Shown one piece after another: positions 20,101-27,762 of a stretch of DNA of 58,329 nucleotides. Positions within the stretch are counted from its first letter, which is position 1, and each line of letters opens with the position of its first letter. Position numbers and translations under genes: made by a program. Below the pieces are notes generated by a model. That model saw only the letters and a program-made list of their open reading frames with translations, did not search any database and was not told the DNA's origin. The stretch is from a virus (taxonomy: Duplodnaviria > Caudoviricetes): IMG/VR virus record IMGVR_UViG_3300044461_000112, positions 1 to 58,329 of that record; one strand, written 5' to 3'.

Positions 20101-20944
20101 TGCCCAGGGGATGCTGGAAGCGCAGATGAACTACGACACCTTCCGTATGGCGCCCATCGAGACCGAGGGCATGGAGGGTCAGCCCGTCCAGGAGCGGGCG
20201 CGCCCGAGCACCAGTGAGACCGCGAAATGGGTGGCGCAGCGGCTGGTCGATAACCCGGCGGCGGGGATCACCTCGCGGCCGCAGTGGTCGCCGGCCAAGC
20301 TGGAGCACATCGTGGGCGCCGGGTTCGGCGGCACGGGTCGCGCGGCGCTCCGTGGCATTGATGAGCTTGGCCGCGGACTCGGGGTGTTCCCGCAGCCGCA
20401 GGGGCCGGAGACCGATCTGGCGCTCCGGCTGGCGCGGTTCCCGGGCACGCGCGGCATCGTGCGGGCGGGCTCGAATGAAGAGACGAAGCAGTTCGAGCAA
20501 CTGGCGGAGCGGATGCGGCAGGTGGATGTCGAGGTCATGGAGCAGCTGCGCGGGGACCGGCGCTATCTCCAGGCGTCGCCCGAGGAGCAGGCGCGGATGC
20601 AGCGCTCGGCGCGGGCGCGGCGGGAGAAGGAGATCCGCGCCGATCTGGGCATCACGGCGCCCCGGGCGTCCGACCAGCCCTGGCGCTGGGTCAACAAGCA
20701 GACCGGCGAGGTGGTGCAGAACCTCCGGCTGGAGCAGCAGCTCACGCGATATTTCGACATGGTGGAGACGGACAAGCCGATCACCCCGGAGCAGCGGCAA
20801 TTGCTCCTCCAGTATGGGCCGACGCCGGACTACCAGCGCTGGTATGACGCGCGGGCCAATACTCGGGAGGAGTGGGGCGACGAGCAGCGGATCCAGAGGG
20901 AACGCATGGAGCAGATACGTCGGCTCCAGGGCGTGGGCCGATGA
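14132..20944 (+). CDS. Giant polyvalent virion protein: SLT lytic transglycosylase + C39-like peptidase + ART-like + LPD38-like domains
   Basis: QESG..SSAGATGIGQFIPAT..AYNGG (~14630-15035); CGPAA..GHYFVA (~15590-16060); YHGT..YGAGYYVTDS..GFDGIRY (~17330-17860); IPQYDREAN..IPKP..NYDTFRMAPI..SPAKLEH (~19820-20370). Confidence 0.85.
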   Translation: MVLVPEDIFNEWTSDEFDHSLEEWERQEEERRRQEEAERQAAAEAEQREYERWLDEIEAERAEIAAQAEAAYEPPPPELWQPEPEPQPQYENIGWTSWQNQAPTPSLYDARSGGTLTQPTQTMPYDWREQQQAWEQYRDQPRPAPAPQWQPEPEPEPILPTRPALNQLQDYAWQTATRHGLEPDVFLRQIGQESGWSQDVITGQRRSSAGATGIGQFIPATATAVANQMNRAGYQTDANRIMTDPQHGLDAAAFHMRDLLTQYGGDYRLALTAYNGGPRAVNALRAGHPFGETQTYLNRIMPSGQPAGGRDAIPLRDARDILTPAFPDDGREASPLLPGLPGGPARPDLPPSYPIPSGPFDLMSAPVEEGNYVTFGGMRYPVMAQAGDDWATDINFGAQGIAEPEPEPFIGPPMPEGFEPVAQPQQWPEVLGPPAPPPPEQWPEVLGPQVPEDFVFPEPAPQQEIQERGNIPAVNAPGTVGNPDLVPNQFTDRALSASEAAAACGPAAAVAFARAMGRNPTLREALDLAKQVNWTPGGGMNGIANQGRLLDRMGIPNRVVVTGERPDEAPIIRDIQGGNPVTISSAGHYFVADAYRDGRYHVGTSGTVVSRYGGSDWMTIAQMNEASRRLAGGGINGVLYLDNPASPVPSVATLEGNTSENREIGASDAQVRALQGLNLPARETPAPQVPEEDLAYYEQFFATPEEVEAALAPQPQTWQERAAEVATLFGQGSGAVADAAAASIARNAPTDTGQALPTYIDEQRLGTPQDVATRLNEARSTVQNQLPFGERTAEIPSIPLPGGGSWTPGLFQAAGIMAQLGTEAVSASAEGVRNLFGNQMRNDPYLNRVAEEQGVDAAFNAWWSTYGQELPQAVKGLIEQGPLLAVSLLGPGAASSTRPAVQAVGRGLEAVDILTSGPLAPVAALGYIPAGRAARAAETSVAPRADPLAAEIEAILQQAAPPLQLPAGAPRGLLDPEEQAIARQFNDYAREITPVLGDNGRQALAEAYQQWRAGDQAGANDAVARLLSAARPAGETPDVIPLGGRPDLPLLNAPSNLDRFPVPPGETRAYHGTAAAFETPDASRFNYDDLYGAGYYVTDSPVVAGGVPGATRPGRGYAWAAARRPGAEDASPNVRAVNLPDTLNLLDAEAPVPPALVDQVLERVGFSAAGDVEDYLGGTDVPTGHDLWRALATAFRDKDAPNEVLAEMGFDGIRYDGGRRVPMRDAGGEPIQHTATMIFQESLPKITNAFSGREGGQAAAPFATELGSAALGAGASQIGTDENTTLQERLARAALGAAGGYGAARAIGRAGRQFEDIATALTDEPGFASLPFGRTRNTPPPPGASPDLAELYDIYASKPTPGRLTRAIEWIRDPRHNMDPRDAFPYIRDIERDVLETVGPTGPRPHSLATQLPALVHETDVILRTELNPIFDRLEAAGGKLSDLDSYMGAKQTIELDTRGFATPRGKTAAWAAQQLQELEQKIGPQAFRALEQAERDVQDFQFRTNLEPSRGSFLTNTQIQDILNSNQHYFPHEVLDFTAREGGNFATGSRSINMAEQEFKRRVGSERDIAAPLDAILARTYRVRYAQGRQDAADALIESLLQHQARGGTRWSITRAQPGKRPPGGYETVSRFKDGEKETYFVPEFLAAEAKQLDASQIGAIGDFFNLINTPSKIAMTQASPDFVLRNFGRDAFDAFYREGLFPLGPHHMRGIYTAIAQDDNYTTWARSHSGMGGLFDSGRGQAPKTLVELRRGRAETMARMILPNPLEFIKRVNQVIEEGPSIGVYMAQSGGWKGPHLPGPLQGLIGEPVVDPMTAAARTREARVDFLNAHHLIKAFNPVAIFLNANVKGTFNALEPIVGRRGPRQQRAAARLAILSGAAVSAWAYNHSRPELADAYEKIPQYDREANIILVNPFTPLVQDERGREIPSYIGIPKPSAGRILWNIADDVMRYVQQNNPRRYDEIAKSFLGSVTPWSSGTDIATIPLPPIAQGMLEAQMNYDTFRMAPIETEGMEGQPVQERARPSTSETAKWVAQRLVDNPAAGITSRPQWSPAKLEHIVGAGFGGTGRAALRGIDELGRGLGVFPQPQGPETDLALRLARFPGTRGIVRAGSNEETKQFEQLAERMRQVDVEVMEQLRGDRRYLQASPEEQARMQRSARARREKEIRADLGITAPRASDQPWRWVNKQTGEVVQNLRLEQQLTRYFDMVETDKPITPEQRQLLLQYGPTPDYQRWYDARANTREEWGDEQRIQRERMEQIRRLQGVGR

Positions 20945-21144
20945 GGACGGCCGAGCCACGGGTCTGGGGCGAGCACCTGACCGCCACCGAGCGCATGATG
21001 GTGGACGACATCATCACCCACCTGCGGAGCCAGAGTGGGATGCTGTGTGTCGTGGAAGTGCGCCGCCTCCGTGATGGGAACTACGTCCTCTTCGACGTCG
21101 GCCGCCGGGAGCTGTCCCGTCTCAAACGGAACGTGAGAGTATAG
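20941..21144 (+). CDS. Hypothetical protein
   Basis: ATGA overlap with previous stop. Confidence 0.6.
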   Translation: MRTAEPRVWGEHLTATERMMVDDIITHLRSQSGMLCVVEVRRLRDGNYVLFDVGRRELSRLKRNVRV

Positions 21145-21182
21145 GTGTAAACTAACACCAACAATTTCAACGGCAAGCGGCG

Positions 21183-21227
21183 AAGCGCCTTCTTCTATCC
21201 CGGCCGGGGATGGGGAAGGCGCTTTTT
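21183..21227 (+). terminator. Intrinsic terminator/attenuator-like hairpin upstream of scaffold-capsid genes
   Basis: AAGCGCCTTCTTCTATCCC / GGGATGGGGAAGGCGCTT stem with G-U pairs, followed by T-run. Confidence 0.7.
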
Positions 21228-21248
21228 CGTTGCCTCGGGAACAGATTC

Positions 21249-22241
21249 ATGCCCGACGAGCCCGAAGAGCTGCAACCCACCGAAGAGTCAGCAGCGGCCC
21301 CCGAAGTCGAAGAGGTCGTCACGCCTTCGGACGCGCTGGAGCAGGCCGAGTTCGAGGACGACCTCGCGCTCAACGCTCCCGACGACGAGGACGAGGACAC
21401 GGACGAGGAGCGCGAGACTCCCGCCGCCGGGGAGCCTCCCGCCGAAGCGGTACCCGAGCCGACCCTCGAGGACCTGGTCAAGGGCAACCCGAAGCTGGCG
21501 GCCGAGCTCAGCGCCCTCACCGAGCAGCGGGCCCAGACGGCGGCGAACCAGCGCCTGCAGCAGCAGCAGGAGCAGGCGGCCTACCAGAACCTGCAAGCCG
21601 GCATGAAGGCGGCACAGGCGGCCTACCAGCAGGACCTGGCGAGCCGACCCGGCATCGAGCAGCAGCTCCACGATTACGGCGAGACCGATGTCATCGCGGC
21701 GCAGCAGCTTCGCCAGCAGTGGCACGACTACTGGGCCAACCAGGATGCCGGGTGGCAGTCGGCGCAGGCGTATTACGGCCGTGAGTTGCAGACCTACCAG
21801 GCCGTCGCCCGCACCAAAGCCAGTGCCGAGGCCGCCGCCATGCGGGCCTTCCAGCGCTTCCACGACAGCGACATGCCGCCGGCGGTGCGGAAGGACCTGT
21901 CCGACAAGAGCTACCCGGGCACCTTCGACGACGGCATGTACCAGCACCTGAAAGAGTGGTGGAAGGCCGCCGAGGCCCACGGCCGCCAGATGGAGAAGGA
22001 CGAGACGGCGGCCCGCACGAAGGCGCGCCGCGAAGAGCGGGCGGTCAATGCCCAGCGCGGGCTGGTGGATGCCCAGAACACGCCCATGATCCAGAGCGGT
22101 GGTGGCGGTGGACGCGGTCGCATCCCGTCGGCCCAGGAGGTGGACAACTGGCCGCTGGAGAAACGCTTAGAGGAGCTGAAGAAGAACCCGCGGCTCTATG
22201 ACCAGGTGGCCATGGCGAGCGCCAACGGGCGGCGTCGCTAA
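21249..22241 (+). CDS. Putative capsid scaffolding protein
   Basis: Very acidic N-terminus, coiled coil, C-terminal helix-turn-helix-like end, directly before capsid. Confidence 0.7.
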   Translation: MPDEPEELQPTEESAAAPEVEEVVTPSDALEQAEFEDDLALNAPDDEDEDTDEERETPAAGEPPAEAVPEPTLEDLVKGNPKLAAELSALTEQRAQTAANQRLQQQQEQAAYQNLQAGMKAAQAAYQQDLASRPGIEQQLHDYGETDVIAAQQLRQQWHDYWANQDAGWQSAQAYYGRELQTYQAVARTKASAEAAAMRAFQRFHDSDMPPAVRKDLSDKSYPGTFDDGMYQHLKEWWKAAEAHGRQMEKDETAARTKARREERAVNAQRGLVDAQNTPMIQSGGGGGRGRIPSAQEVDNWPLEKRLEELKKNPRLYDQVAMASANGRRR

Positions 22242-22292
22242 CGCGAACAGACCCACGTTAGACGCCATTAAGGCGCAGAAAGGTGGCCCACA

Positions 22293-23192
22293 ATCGCGGT
22301 AAACACGACTGGCGTGACCCCGGCCGGGAATTTTTTGCCAACTATCTGGAGTCGCCACGTCTCGGACGCGACCGAGGCGACCACGGTGCTGTCCGAGAAG
22401 GTGGACCGCAAGTACGAGGCCGAGATGCGCATGGGCCGCGTCTTGAACATCCAGGATCGCAGCAACCCGGCCGTGCGGGTGAAGACCGAGGACGCGTCGG
22501 CAACGTGGGCGAACATCACCGAGACGCGCCAGCAAATCACCATTAGCCGGCAAGCATATGTCGCGTTCCTGGTGGAAGATATTGCCGAATTGCAGGCCAA
22601 TATCGACCTGCGCGCCGAGTACACCGGGGCGTGCGGCTACTCCCTGACGTCCTACATCGAGGGGGATGTCACCAGTGGCCTGGCGTCCCTGCCGTCCTCC
22701 TTCAGCCAGTTGACGGGCACCCTCGGCGCGGACCCGACTGACGACGACCTGCTGCGGGCCGTGCAGTACCTCAACGACGGCGACGTCCCGCAGAGCGAGC
22801 GCTTCTGGTACGTCTCCCCAGCTTTCCACATCGGCTTGCTGAAGATCGACAAGTTCGTCAGTCAGCTCTACGTCGGCCAGGACCGGGCCACCCGCGCTAT
22901 CACCGAGGCGATGATCGGCAAGGTCTACGGCGCGCCCGTCTACGAGTCCAGCCTGGCCAATAACAACCCAGCAGCCGCCAACCAGTCCTATTCGTGGTTC
23001 GGTCACAAGCGCGGCGTGGCCCTCATCATGCAGCGCAAACCCCAGACCCACGTGCGGTACGAGATTCTGGAAACGGGCTGGGGCGTGCTTGTGGACGTGA
23101 TATACAATTTCGCAGAAAGACTTATTGCGCCGAGCACCTTGGGAGGAGGCGCAAGCGACGATCGCTTCAATGTCGGTCTAAGAGCCGCGTAG
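22293..23192 (+). CDS. Major capsid protein (HK97 fold); probable ATC start, alternative GTG 22314
   Basis: FLPTIWS, VPQSERFWYVSP, IGKVYGAPVYES capsid-type motifs; AAGGTGG SD 6 nt before in-frame ATC. Confidence 0.88.
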   Translation: MAVNTTGVTPAGNFLPTIWSRHVSDATEATTVLSEKVDRKYEAEMRMGRVLNIQDRSNPAVRVKTEDASATWANITETRQQITISRQAYVAFLVEDIAELQANIDLRAEYTGACGYSLTSYIEGDVTSGLASLPSSFSQLTGTLGADPTDDDLLRAVQYLNDGDVPQSERFWYVSPAFHIGLLKIDKFVSQLYVGQDRATRAITEAMIGKVYGAPVYESSLANNNPAAANQSYSWFGHKRGVALIMQRKPQTHVRYEILETGWGVLVDVIYNFAERLIAPSTLGGGASDDRFNVGLRAA

Positions 23193-23918
23193 CTTAATGC
23201 TAAGTGGTATATACCGTGACGCATCCGGTGGCGGTGGGCAAGGCGTAATGCCAGCCTCAACCTCACCGTGGCAGCGTGCGCACAGCGGAACGATGTTGTT
23301 GACGACGTATCCCTTCGGAGGATCGGGCCGGTGTGGTTGAGATCGCATCCGATCGTAGCCGCAGACGGCACAGGGCAAGGAGCATACCCATGCCTTGAAG
23401 CCCCAGGTGCGCCGACGATCGTTGGTGCCACGCACGGCCGCTCGGTAGTGATTTGGACACAGTCCACTGGCCTTCGCCTTCTTACCGCAGCCCTCCACCG
23501 AGCAGATGTAGGTTGCCGCGTCCTCATGCATCTGTCTGGCGTAGCAGTCACGGCACCGCTCCGCTTTGAACCCCGTCACCGGTGCACCGCAATCAATACA
23601 GACGCGAGCTTGGAGTCGCTCGTCGCGGTCCGCACGGACGCAGTCTATGCAGATTCGGGTGCTCTTTGTCGCAACCGGGCCACCGCAGCGCTCACAGGTT
23701 GGCTGTCGCGCCGCTTTCTCTTCCGCCAGTCGCCTGGTGTGGCACTCCCAGCACCGCTTGCGCTCCTGGCTCGGACCGATGACAACGCCACAGTCAACGC
23801 AGCGGGGACGACTATCTCGCGCTGTCCACCATATGTACCAGCAGCCCCGACACCGTTTGGACTTCTCGGATTTGGTGGGACCACCGCACTCAGTACAAAC
23901 GCCAGGGCGCGCGGGCAT
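23178..23918 (-). CDS. Multi-zinc-finger protein with C-terminal HNH nuclease
   Basis: Eight CxxC in the N-terminal part, CSVEGC..GLCPNHY, then CAVCG..H..NNIVPLCARCH; GGAGGT SD. Confidence 0.8.
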   Translation of the reverse strand: MPARPGVCTECGGPTKSEKSKRCRGCWYIWWTARDSRPRCVDCGVVIGPSQERKRCWECHTRRLAEEKAARQPTCERCGGPVATKSTRICIDCVRADRDERLQARVCIDCGAPVTGFKAERCRDCYARQMHEDAATYICSVEGCGKKAKASGLCPNHYRAAVRGTNDRRRTWGFKAWVCSLPCAVCGYDRMRSQPHRPDPPKGYVVNNIVPLCARCHGEVEAGITPCPPPPDASRYIPLSIKLRGS

Positions 23919-23983
23919 ACGACCTCCAGGGGTTGGTCTATGTTTACATTAATACCAGTATACACAATCTACCAGAGAACCCT

Positions 23984-24526
23984 ATGCACCTGATCGAAAC
24001 CCCCTCGTCGCCACGGCTGTGGGAGCCGGTCGAGCTGACCGGCAACTACGTCGTGGACTGGGACATGGCGTTCCCCGTCATGGCTGCGCGGCCGGCCCGG
24101 CGGGTCCATGGCGTCTGGCTCGAAGCCGGCCAGCTCTGGAACGAGCGCATCAACGACCTCTCGCCGCTGCCGCCCGAGTCCCACTTCCGGGCGTTCACCC
24201 TGCGCTGCGCGAGGAAATTCGTCGAGGAGATGGCGAAGAAACGGGCCCGCTATCAGCTCGTCACCCAGGAAGGGAACCTGGTGATTCGTGGACCGTACCA
24301 GCATCGGGACACCGTCACCCCGAAGCCGGTCGGCTTCCAGCAGGACGAGATCCTGCACCCGGAGTGTCTCGACTTCCACATCACCGGCACGTTCCTGGCC
24401 GAGTACGGCCACCTGGTGGAGTGGATGGACGAGGAGGCCGAGGCCCAGAAGGTGCAGGCGGTCAGCTTCGACCTGTGGCGGGAGGCCGAGCGCATCGCCC
24501 GCGAGAAATCACTGAGGAACCACTGA
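23984..24526 (+). CDS. Hypothetical protein
   Basis: Open frame, codon bias. Confidence 0.65.
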   Translation: MHLIETPSSPRLWEPVELTGNYVVDWDMAFPVMAARPARRVHGVWLEAGQLWNERINDLSPLPPESHFRAFTLRCARKFVEEMAKKRARYQLVTQEGNLVIRGPYQHRDTVTPKPVGFQQDEILHPECLDFHITGTFLAEYGHLVEWMDEEAEAQKVQAVSFDLWREAERIAREKSLRNH

Positions 24527-24527
24527 C

Positions 24528-25304
24528 GTGCCACTCACGCCCATCCCGTACGACCCGCAGCATGCCGATTTGTTTCGGCCCTTGAACAATTCGCGGTGGG
24601 AGAAAGTCATCTACTGGAAGGCGCCGGACATCGTGCGTCACACCGGCGAGCCCTACAGCCAGGCCGGCTGGATCCAGCCGCGCGATAGCTCCGACACCGC
24701 CGCTATCGGCTTCATGCGCACCGGCTGGACGCCGCTCGACCAGTTCGGCTCCACCGGCCCGGACAGCAAGAACCACTGGCACAACATCCTCACCCACCCG
24801 GAGGGGCGCGCCCTCTTCCCGCTCAGCCAGATCCTGGCCTACCACTGGCACCGGGTCACGAACCTGCGCCACGACTGGCCGACGCTGCCCGCCGAGTACC
24901 AGCAGGACGCCCAGCTCGCGCGGCTCTTCCCCCAGCTGCGGGAGCCGGGGCTCAAGATCCAGGAGTTCGGCTGTCCCAATTGCCACAACCGCGTGTTCCT
25001 CGAGCCGCAGGGCTTGTTCCAGCACATGACGGTGCATCACAGCATGAAGCCGGAGGATATCTTCGCCTGGGGCCGGCAGATGGGCATCGACTTCGGCGAC
25101 CGGCTCCGCGACCGCAGCGTCGTCACCATCACCTTCGACGACCTCCCCGAGGAGCCGCCGGAGGAGGTCTACACCGCGCCCGTCATCGAGACGGCCGGGG
25201 CCGGCGTGCCCATCCCAGAGAGCGTGCGGGTGGCGCGGGAGAAGGCCGCGCGGGTGGAGGCCGCCAAACAGGGCGAGCCCACCTACCGGGTCGACCCGCA
25301 GTGA
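24528..25304 (+). CDS. Hypothetical protein with C2H2-like zinc finger
   Basis: CPNC...LFQHMTVHH. Confidence 0.65.
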   Translation: MPLTPIPYDPQHADLFRPLNNSRWEKVIYWKAPDIVRHTGEPYSQAGWIQPRDSSDTAAIGFMRTGWTPLDQFGSTGPDSKNHWHNILTHPEGRALFPLSQILAYHWHRVTNLRHDWPTLPAEYQQDAQLARLFPQLREPGLKIQEFGCPNCHNRVFLEPQGLFQHMTVHHSMKPEDIFAWGRQMGIDFGDRLRDRSVVTITFDDLPEEPPEEVYTAPVIETAGAGVPIPESVRVAREKAARVEAAKQGEPTYRVDPQ

Positions 25305-26134
25305 CCCCCTCGGTGGTTTTAGGTATGTGTGTGTGGCGCTCGGTAGAAGCGGGAACGACCGCTTCCCTCTGGTCGGTGGCCCGGGCGTATCCGAACGTCT
25401 CCCTCGAGATCCAACAAGGGGATGCCCTCATTACGCGGGCCCGCAGCACCCTGGCCACCAGATTCCTGCGGGACTGCACCGGGGACGTGCTCTTTACGGT
25501 GGACAGCGACATATTGTGGGACCCGGAACCGTTCATGCAGGTTGCCGAGCAGGCCCACGACTTGCAGGCCATCGTGGTGGGCGCCTACCCGACCCGGGCC
25601 TGGGGCGACGGCCAGGTCAGCTCCATGCTGGGCGACCGGGAGATTGTCTTCGGCGAGGACCCGACGCCCGTGCCGATTCTCTACGGCGCCAGTGGCTTCA
25701 TGGCCATCCCGCGCGTGGCCCTCGAGCGCATGCGGGACCAGCTCGACTTGCCGCTCCTCCACCCGAAGGCCGACCGCCGCATGCAGTTCTACCCCTTCTA
25801 CGAGGCGCCCCGTGGCGAAGCGCCCGACGGCCAGCCCATAGGAATGTCCGAGGACTTTGACATCTGCAGCAAAGCGGCGCAGGTTGGCATCGACACCTAC
25901 GTCAATCCCGCCGTCAGGCTCGGCCACATTGGCCAGCAGGTCTTTCGGCTGGAGCACCTGATCTGGCGGCAGCCGCCCATCGTGCCGCTCACCCTTTCGA
26001 ATCAGGGCATCCGCTTCGCCCAGGTGCCGCCGGCCCTCACGCCGCTGGTCAAGGGCACCGAGGTGCAGGCGCCGCCCATCTCTCGTCAGCAGCGACGCCA
26101 CGCCGAGCGCCAGCGGGAGAAGGTCGGCGCATGA
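25301..26134 (+). CDS. GT-A fold (GT2-like) glycosyltransferase
   Basis: LITRARSTL, LFTVDSDILW (DxD), GFMAIPR, SEDFDIC, LGHIG. Confidence 0.85.
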   Translation: MTPSVVLGMCVWRSVEAGTTASLWSVARAYPNVSLEIQQGDALITRARSTLATRFLRDCTGDVLFTVDSDILWDPEPFMQVAEQAHDLQAIVVGAYPTRAWGDGQVSSMLGDREIVFGEDPTPVPILYGASGFMAIPRVALERMRDQLDLPLLHPKADRRMQFYPFYEAPRGEAPDGQPIGMSEDFDICSKAAQVGIDTYVNPAVRLGHIGQQVFRLEHLIWRQPPIVPLTLSNQGIRFAQVPPALTPLVKGTEVQAPPISRQQRRHAERQREKVGA

Positions 26135-26508
26135 CCCAGCTGCCCGAGCTCTTCTTCGTGGGCCAGGGCCTGCCCGAGGACATCGCGCCGCTGGCCGCTG
26201 GTCTCGAGCCGCTCCCGGCGAAGGAGCAGGCCCAGGTCCCCGCTGCGATCGCGCCCCTGGGCGGGGTGGCCCAGGTCGTGCTCGTCGGGCTGCGGGACGG
26301 CGTGGTGCGCTGGGCGTGGCTGCGCCGGGATGACCGCCTGACCCAGCAGCACGTGGTCTGGTGCACAACCTCGAGCGTCGACGGGTTCCGCGTGGAGTGG
26401 GGGCGCTGGCTGACGGGCATCCGCTGGCAGCTGAACGAATACGAGACCTATGTCGAGCACTTCCTGGAGTGGGGCCCGCCCGCCGTGAAGGAGGCCGTGG
26501 CCGCGTAG
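26131..26508 (+). CDS. Hypothetical protein
   Basis: ATGA overlap. Confidence 0.6.
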   Translation: MTQLPELFFVGQGLPEDIAPLAAGLEPLPAKEQAQVPAAIAPLGGVAQVVLVGLRDGVVRWAWLRRDDRLTQQHVVWCTTSSVDGFRVEWGRWLTGIRWQLNEYETYVEHFLEWGPPAVKEAVAA

Positions 26509-26608
26509 CGACAACCAGGGGACGTGCAGCATTCCTGCCTCTCCCCGCCAACGGGAGCCGAGTCCCAAAATGCTCGGAGGCGGCTACGGCCGCAGGAAGG
26601 AATGACAG

Positions 26609-27415
26609 ATGCCGAGCGGCGTATCGGACGGAATTGCCCGTAAGCGTTTCCCCTTCTCGTTTCGGGAGCTCGACCGCCTGAAGGGCGGTGCCAGCCGCAG
26701 CGTGCTCGCCCCCCTTGCGGTGCAGGATTTCATCTTCTTTTTCGATGACTTCCTCGGCGACACCATCAACCTGGACAACGTCATCGCCGGCGAGACCGGC
26801 ACCGGCACGCCCTTCGCCCAGCCGGCCACGGCGATTGTCGGCGGTGCCATCCGAGGCGTCACCGGCACCACCTCCGGCAACAGTGAGAGCGTCTACGGGC
26901 CGCGCATCTGGGCCGGCGACAACAACTGCGCCGTCGAGATGCGCATCGCCGTCGATGTCGTGACCACCCTGATGATGGAGGTCGGCTTTATCGACGCCGC
27001 CTCGGACCTGACCCTGCCGGTCGGCGCCGACATCGACACCCCGACCTTCGCGGGTGGCACCTCGGACGCGGCGGTGCTGCACATCGACCAGAGCCAGACG
27101 CTGACCACCATGGCGTTTCTGACGGACGGGTCCACGACCAATATGAACGCCACGGCGACAACGCTGTCCCCGGTGTTCACGCCCACGGCGGCGACCTTCC
27201 ACACGTACCGGGTTTCGCTCGCTGGCGATATCCCCGTAGCCAGTGTCGATGGAGGACGTTTCACGACGACCAGCACCGGCCTGATTGCCCATCGCGTAGA
27301 AGGGGGAACGCTCCTGCGCTTCTTCCATGCGTGCAGAACGCGAACGACCGCAGCGAAAACGTCGACGGTTGACTACATCGTCGCGTTCCAGGACAGATCC
27401 GTTAGGACCGCATAA
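26609..27415 (+). CDS. Putative structural (capsid decoration, beta-sandwich) protein
   Basis: FFDDFLGD motif, T/G/A-rich beta composition, ends VDYIVAFQDR. Confidence 0.55.
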   Translation: MPSGVSDGIARKRFPFSFRELDRLKGGASRSVLAPLAVQDFIFFFDDFLGDTINLDNVIAGETGTGTPFAQPATAIVGGAIRGVTGTTSGNSESVYGPRIWAGDNNCAVEMRIAVDVVTTLMMEVGFIDAASDLTLPVGADIDTPTFAGGTSDAAVLHIDQSQTLTTMAFLTDGSTTNMNATATTLSPVFTPTAATFHTYRVSLAGDIPVASVDGGRFTTTSTGLIAHRVEGGTLLRFFHACRTRTTAAKTSTVDYIVAFQDRSVRTA

Positions 27416-27417
27416 CG

Positions 27418-27762
27418 ATGCCGATTTACCAGTGGCGCTGCGCCTGCGGGGACCACGAGGTGCTGATGCGGGAGTACCAGGGGGACACCACCCTGACCTG
27501 CTGGACCTGTGGCCAGGACCTGGTCAAGGTGCCCGCCCGGGTGAGCATCCGGGTCCCGGGCCCGCCGCCACTTAACACCGCAGAGAATCACGCCCGCTAC
27601 CAGGAAATCTGTGCGGAGACCATGGACCTGGGCCGCAGGATGGCCGAAGAGCAGGGCGAGCCCGCTGGCGAATACGGCTGCGCGGTGCTGCCGAAAGCTA
27701 TGGGGAAGGCCATCCTGGCCGCCCACACGACGTTCGAGAAAGGACTGACTGATGACTCCTGA
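27418..27762 (+). CDS. FmdB-like zinc ribbon protein
   Basis: MPIYQWRCACG...CWTCG. Confidence 0.75.
   Translation: MPIYQWRCACGDHEVLMREYQGDTTLTCWTCGQDLVKVPARVSIRVPGPPPLNTAENHARYQEICAETMDLGRRMAEEQGEPAGEYGCAVLPKAMGKAILAAHTTFEKGLTDDS

Noticed and set aside
1153-20959. Very long antisense/alternate-frame ORFs (1153-2748, 2965-4830, 5432-7567, 7368-11477, 17018-20959)
   Set aside because: Shadow ORFs expected opposite high-GC3 genes; no motifs or SD, and the opposite strand has clear products
12811-23983. HNH genes as group I intron ORFs
   Set aside because: Both are antisense and sit between apparently complete genes; no intron core recognised
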